From an uncultured Caldilinea sp. (GTDB lineage Bacteria > Chloroflexota > Anaerolineae > Caldilineales > Caldilineaceae): a stretch of DNA of 64,000 nt. Shown piece by piece: positions 61,968-64,000 of this stretch. The translations under genes were made by a program, and so were the position numbers. How positions within the stretch are numbered: the stretch's first letter is position 1; each line of letters begins with the position of its first letter. The DNA lies in the NCBI GenBank assembly GCA_937981885.1, contig CALJMI010000001.1, positions 14,160 to 78,159 on the forward strand, written 5' to 3'. The notes beneath the pieces are model-generated. The model was not told where the DNA came from. It made no database searches and saw only the letters and a program-made list of their open reading frames with translations.

Positions 61968-62987
61968 TTGAAGTGCATCATCCAGATTCCCTGTTATAAT
62001 GAGGCGCAGACGCTGCATGAGACGGTTGCTGCACTGCCTGCCGCGCTCCCCGGCGTCGATGTGGTCGAGGTGTTGGTGATCGACGACGGCAGCACAGATA
62101 ACACGGCGGAGGTGGCGCGGCAGATCGGTGTGCATCACGTGGTGCGTCATCCGCGCAATTTGGGGCTGGCGCGCGCCTTTATGACCGGTCTGGACACGGC
62201 GATTCAACTCGGCGCAGATATTATTGTCAATACCGATGCCGACAATCAGTACGTCGGCGCGGACATCGCGTTGTTGGTGGCGCCGATCGTCGCGGGCGAG
62301 GCGGAGTTGGTGATCGGCGACCGCGGCGTTGCACAGGTCGAACACTTTTCGGCGCTGAAGCGCTTTCTGCAGCGTCTGGGAAGCTGGGTAATTTCACAGG
62401 CGGCTGGGATGAAGGTGCCAGACGCCACGAGCGGCTTTCGTGCGCTGACGCGTGAAGCGGCGCTGCACACGCTGGTGATCAGCTCCTACTCCTACACGTT
62501 GGAGACGTTGATCCAGGCGGGAGCGCAGCGGCGTTCGATCCGCTATGTGCCTGTGCGCACGAACCTGCCGACGCGCCCGTCGCGGCTGATGAATAACCTG
62601 CCGCACTACCTCGCCAATTCGACGGTGACGATTGTGCGGGCGTATACTTTCTACCGGCCGCTGCGTGTATTCACGACGATCGGCGTGATTTTGTTGATCG
62701 CGGGCTTCTTGATCGGCGTGCGCTTTCTGGTCGCCTACTTTACACAGGGCAGCGCGGGCCACATCCAGTCGCTGATCCTCTCCGCCGTGCTGCTGATCGC
62801 CGGCTTCCAGACGCTGCTGATCGGGCTGGTGGCGGATTTAATCGGCGCGAATCGGAAGATTATGGAGGAGGTGTTGGTGCGGGTGCGCTCAATCAACACT
62901 GATGATAGTTCCACCCGACATGGCGATCCCCTCTCTACGCCTTCTGCCAAGCCATCAAATGCGGGAATGCTCTATCATGACGAATAA
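61968..62987 (+). CDS. Glycosyltransferase family 2 (polyprenol-phosphate type, C-terminal TMs)
   Basis: IPCYNEA, DDGSTD, N.GL, DAD.QY and DATSGFRA motifs; TTG start inferred. Confidence 0.92.
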   Translation: MKCIIQIPCYNEAQTLHETVAALPAALPGVDVVEVLVIDDGSTDNTAEVARQIGVHHVVRHPRNLGLARAFMTGLDTAIQLGADIIVNTDADNQYVGADIALLVAPIVAGEAELVIGDRGVAQVEHFSALKRFLQRLGSWVISQAAGMKVPDATSGFRALTREAALHTLVISSYSYTLETLIQAGAQRRSIRYVPVRTNLPTRPSRLMNNLPHYLANSTVTIVRAYTFYRPLRVFTTIGVILLIAGFLIGVRFLVAYFTQGSAGHIQSLILSAVLLIAGFQTLLIGLVADLIGANRKIMEEVLVRVRSINTDDSSTRHGDPLSTPSAKPSNAGMLYHDE

Positions 62988-64000
62988 ACGGCTGTCAGAA
63001 ACGGAGCAACTGAAGGTCTGCTTTGTGACCTCAAGTTATCCGTTGAATGCAGACGACGGTTCAGCCCGGTTCATTTATTCGATGGCGCAGGCGCTGGTGA
63101 GACTTGGACACCGGGTTGATGTGATTCTGCCACAACACACACAATTAGCAACAGAAGTTGGCGACATCCCGCTATATCCTTTTCGGTATATCTGGCCCGA
63201 CAAACTGGCGATTATGGGGTATGCCCAGGCTACACATAGCGACAAGGAAATGCGGCGTCTGGCCTATGTGCTTGCCCCAAGTTATGCAATTGCCCAGGCA
63301 TCTACCATCTGGCGTCTGCACCGCAAAGCTCGCTACGACATCTTTCACGGTCATTGGGTCGTGCCAAATGGAATTGTTGCTGCGTCTGTTGCGCGCCTGG
63401 TGCGGCGACCGCTGGTGATCAGCTTACACGGTTCAGATGTATTTTTCGCCTCGAAACAGCTTGTATTGCGAAAGGCTGCAGAGATGACTTTTGCACAGGC
63501 AAGCGCGATCACGGCGTGCAGCCCTAGCTTGTATGACGGGGCATTGGCGCTCAACGCAGCGCAAGAGAGACTGCACCTCCTGCCCTACGGGGTTGACAGT
63601 AGCCATTTCAAGTACACACCAGAGGAACGCAAGCAAGCGCGCCGGATGTTCGGCATCGATGACAATTGCACAGCCATTACCTTTATCGGACGATTAGTGG
63701 AAAAGAAAGGGGTTGATCATCTGCTCCGTGCGCTACCTGCCGTCAAGCGCAAAATTCCCGATGCGCTGTGTCTGATCGGTGGATCAGGATCGGAACAGGC
63801 AGCGCTTGAAGGATTGGCGCGCACGCTTGGTGTTGGCGACTCAGTGCGCTTTCTGGGCGGGCTGGATTGGCAGGGTGTTGCATCTGCCCTGCGAGCGGCG
63901 GATATTTTTGTTGCGCCGTCGATCCATGATTCCAAAGGCAACTCGGACGGACTGCCCAATACCGTGCTCGAAGCAATGGCGTCGGGATGTCCAATTGTGG
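62977..64000 (+). CDS. Glycosyltransferase family 4, 3' end outside window
   Basis: Manual translation from ATG 62977: [49 protein letters not shown]. Confidence 0.93.
   Translation, partial: MTNKRLSETEQLKVCFVTSSYPLNADDGSARFIYSMAQALVRLGHRVDVILPQHTQLATEVGDIPLYPFRYIWPDKLAIMGYAQATHSDKEMRRLAYVLAPSYAIAQASTIWRLHRKARYDIFHGHWVVPNGIVAASVARLVRRPLVISLHGSDVFFASKQLVLRKAAEMTFAQASAITACSPSLYDGALALNAAQERLHLLPYGVDSSHFKYTPEERKQARRMFGIDDNCTAITFIGRLVEKKGVDHLLRALPAVKRKIPDALCLIGGSGSEQAALEGLARTLGVGDSVRFLGGLDWQGVASALRAADIFVAPSIHDSKGNSDGLPNTVLEAMASGCPIV

Overview
GC-rich chromosomal core region. The fused glyQS, the small SWIM protein and the SH3-glycoside hydrolases suggest a Chloroflexota genome, probably Caldilineaceae/Anaerolineae-like (inference). 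About 46 CDSs are supported. Housekeeping genes: guaA (partial), rpsO-pnp, recX, galE, GTP-PEPCK, thrC, ugd, acpS, cutA, yitJ-like, fused glyQS and a Lon-like protease. Also present are a xylose-type ABC transporter and many envelope-glycan genes (YfhO-like GT-C, flippase-like protein, GT2, GT4, methyltransferase, four related clan GH-A hydrolases, three carrying SH3 domains). I found no rRNA, tRNA, CRISPR array, transposase or prophage. Best leads: (i) a self-contained promoter-SD-15-codon ORF-terminator leader upstream of a small SWIM zinc-finger gene; (ii) several families of very small repeat elements (GTAG-REPs, 8/9-mer periodic inverted repeats, heptamer tracts), one supplying a stop codon and one lying in-frame in the GlyQS linker; (iii) an SH3-glycoside hydrolase operon that includes a degenerate GH18-like module; (iv) apparent pseudoenzymes (GNAT-nitrilase, TyrA-like); (v) a consensus promoter with twin palindromic operators upstream of a phasin-like gene; (vi) structured leaders on rpsO and pnp. 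All calls come from reading motifs by eye; no database search was run.
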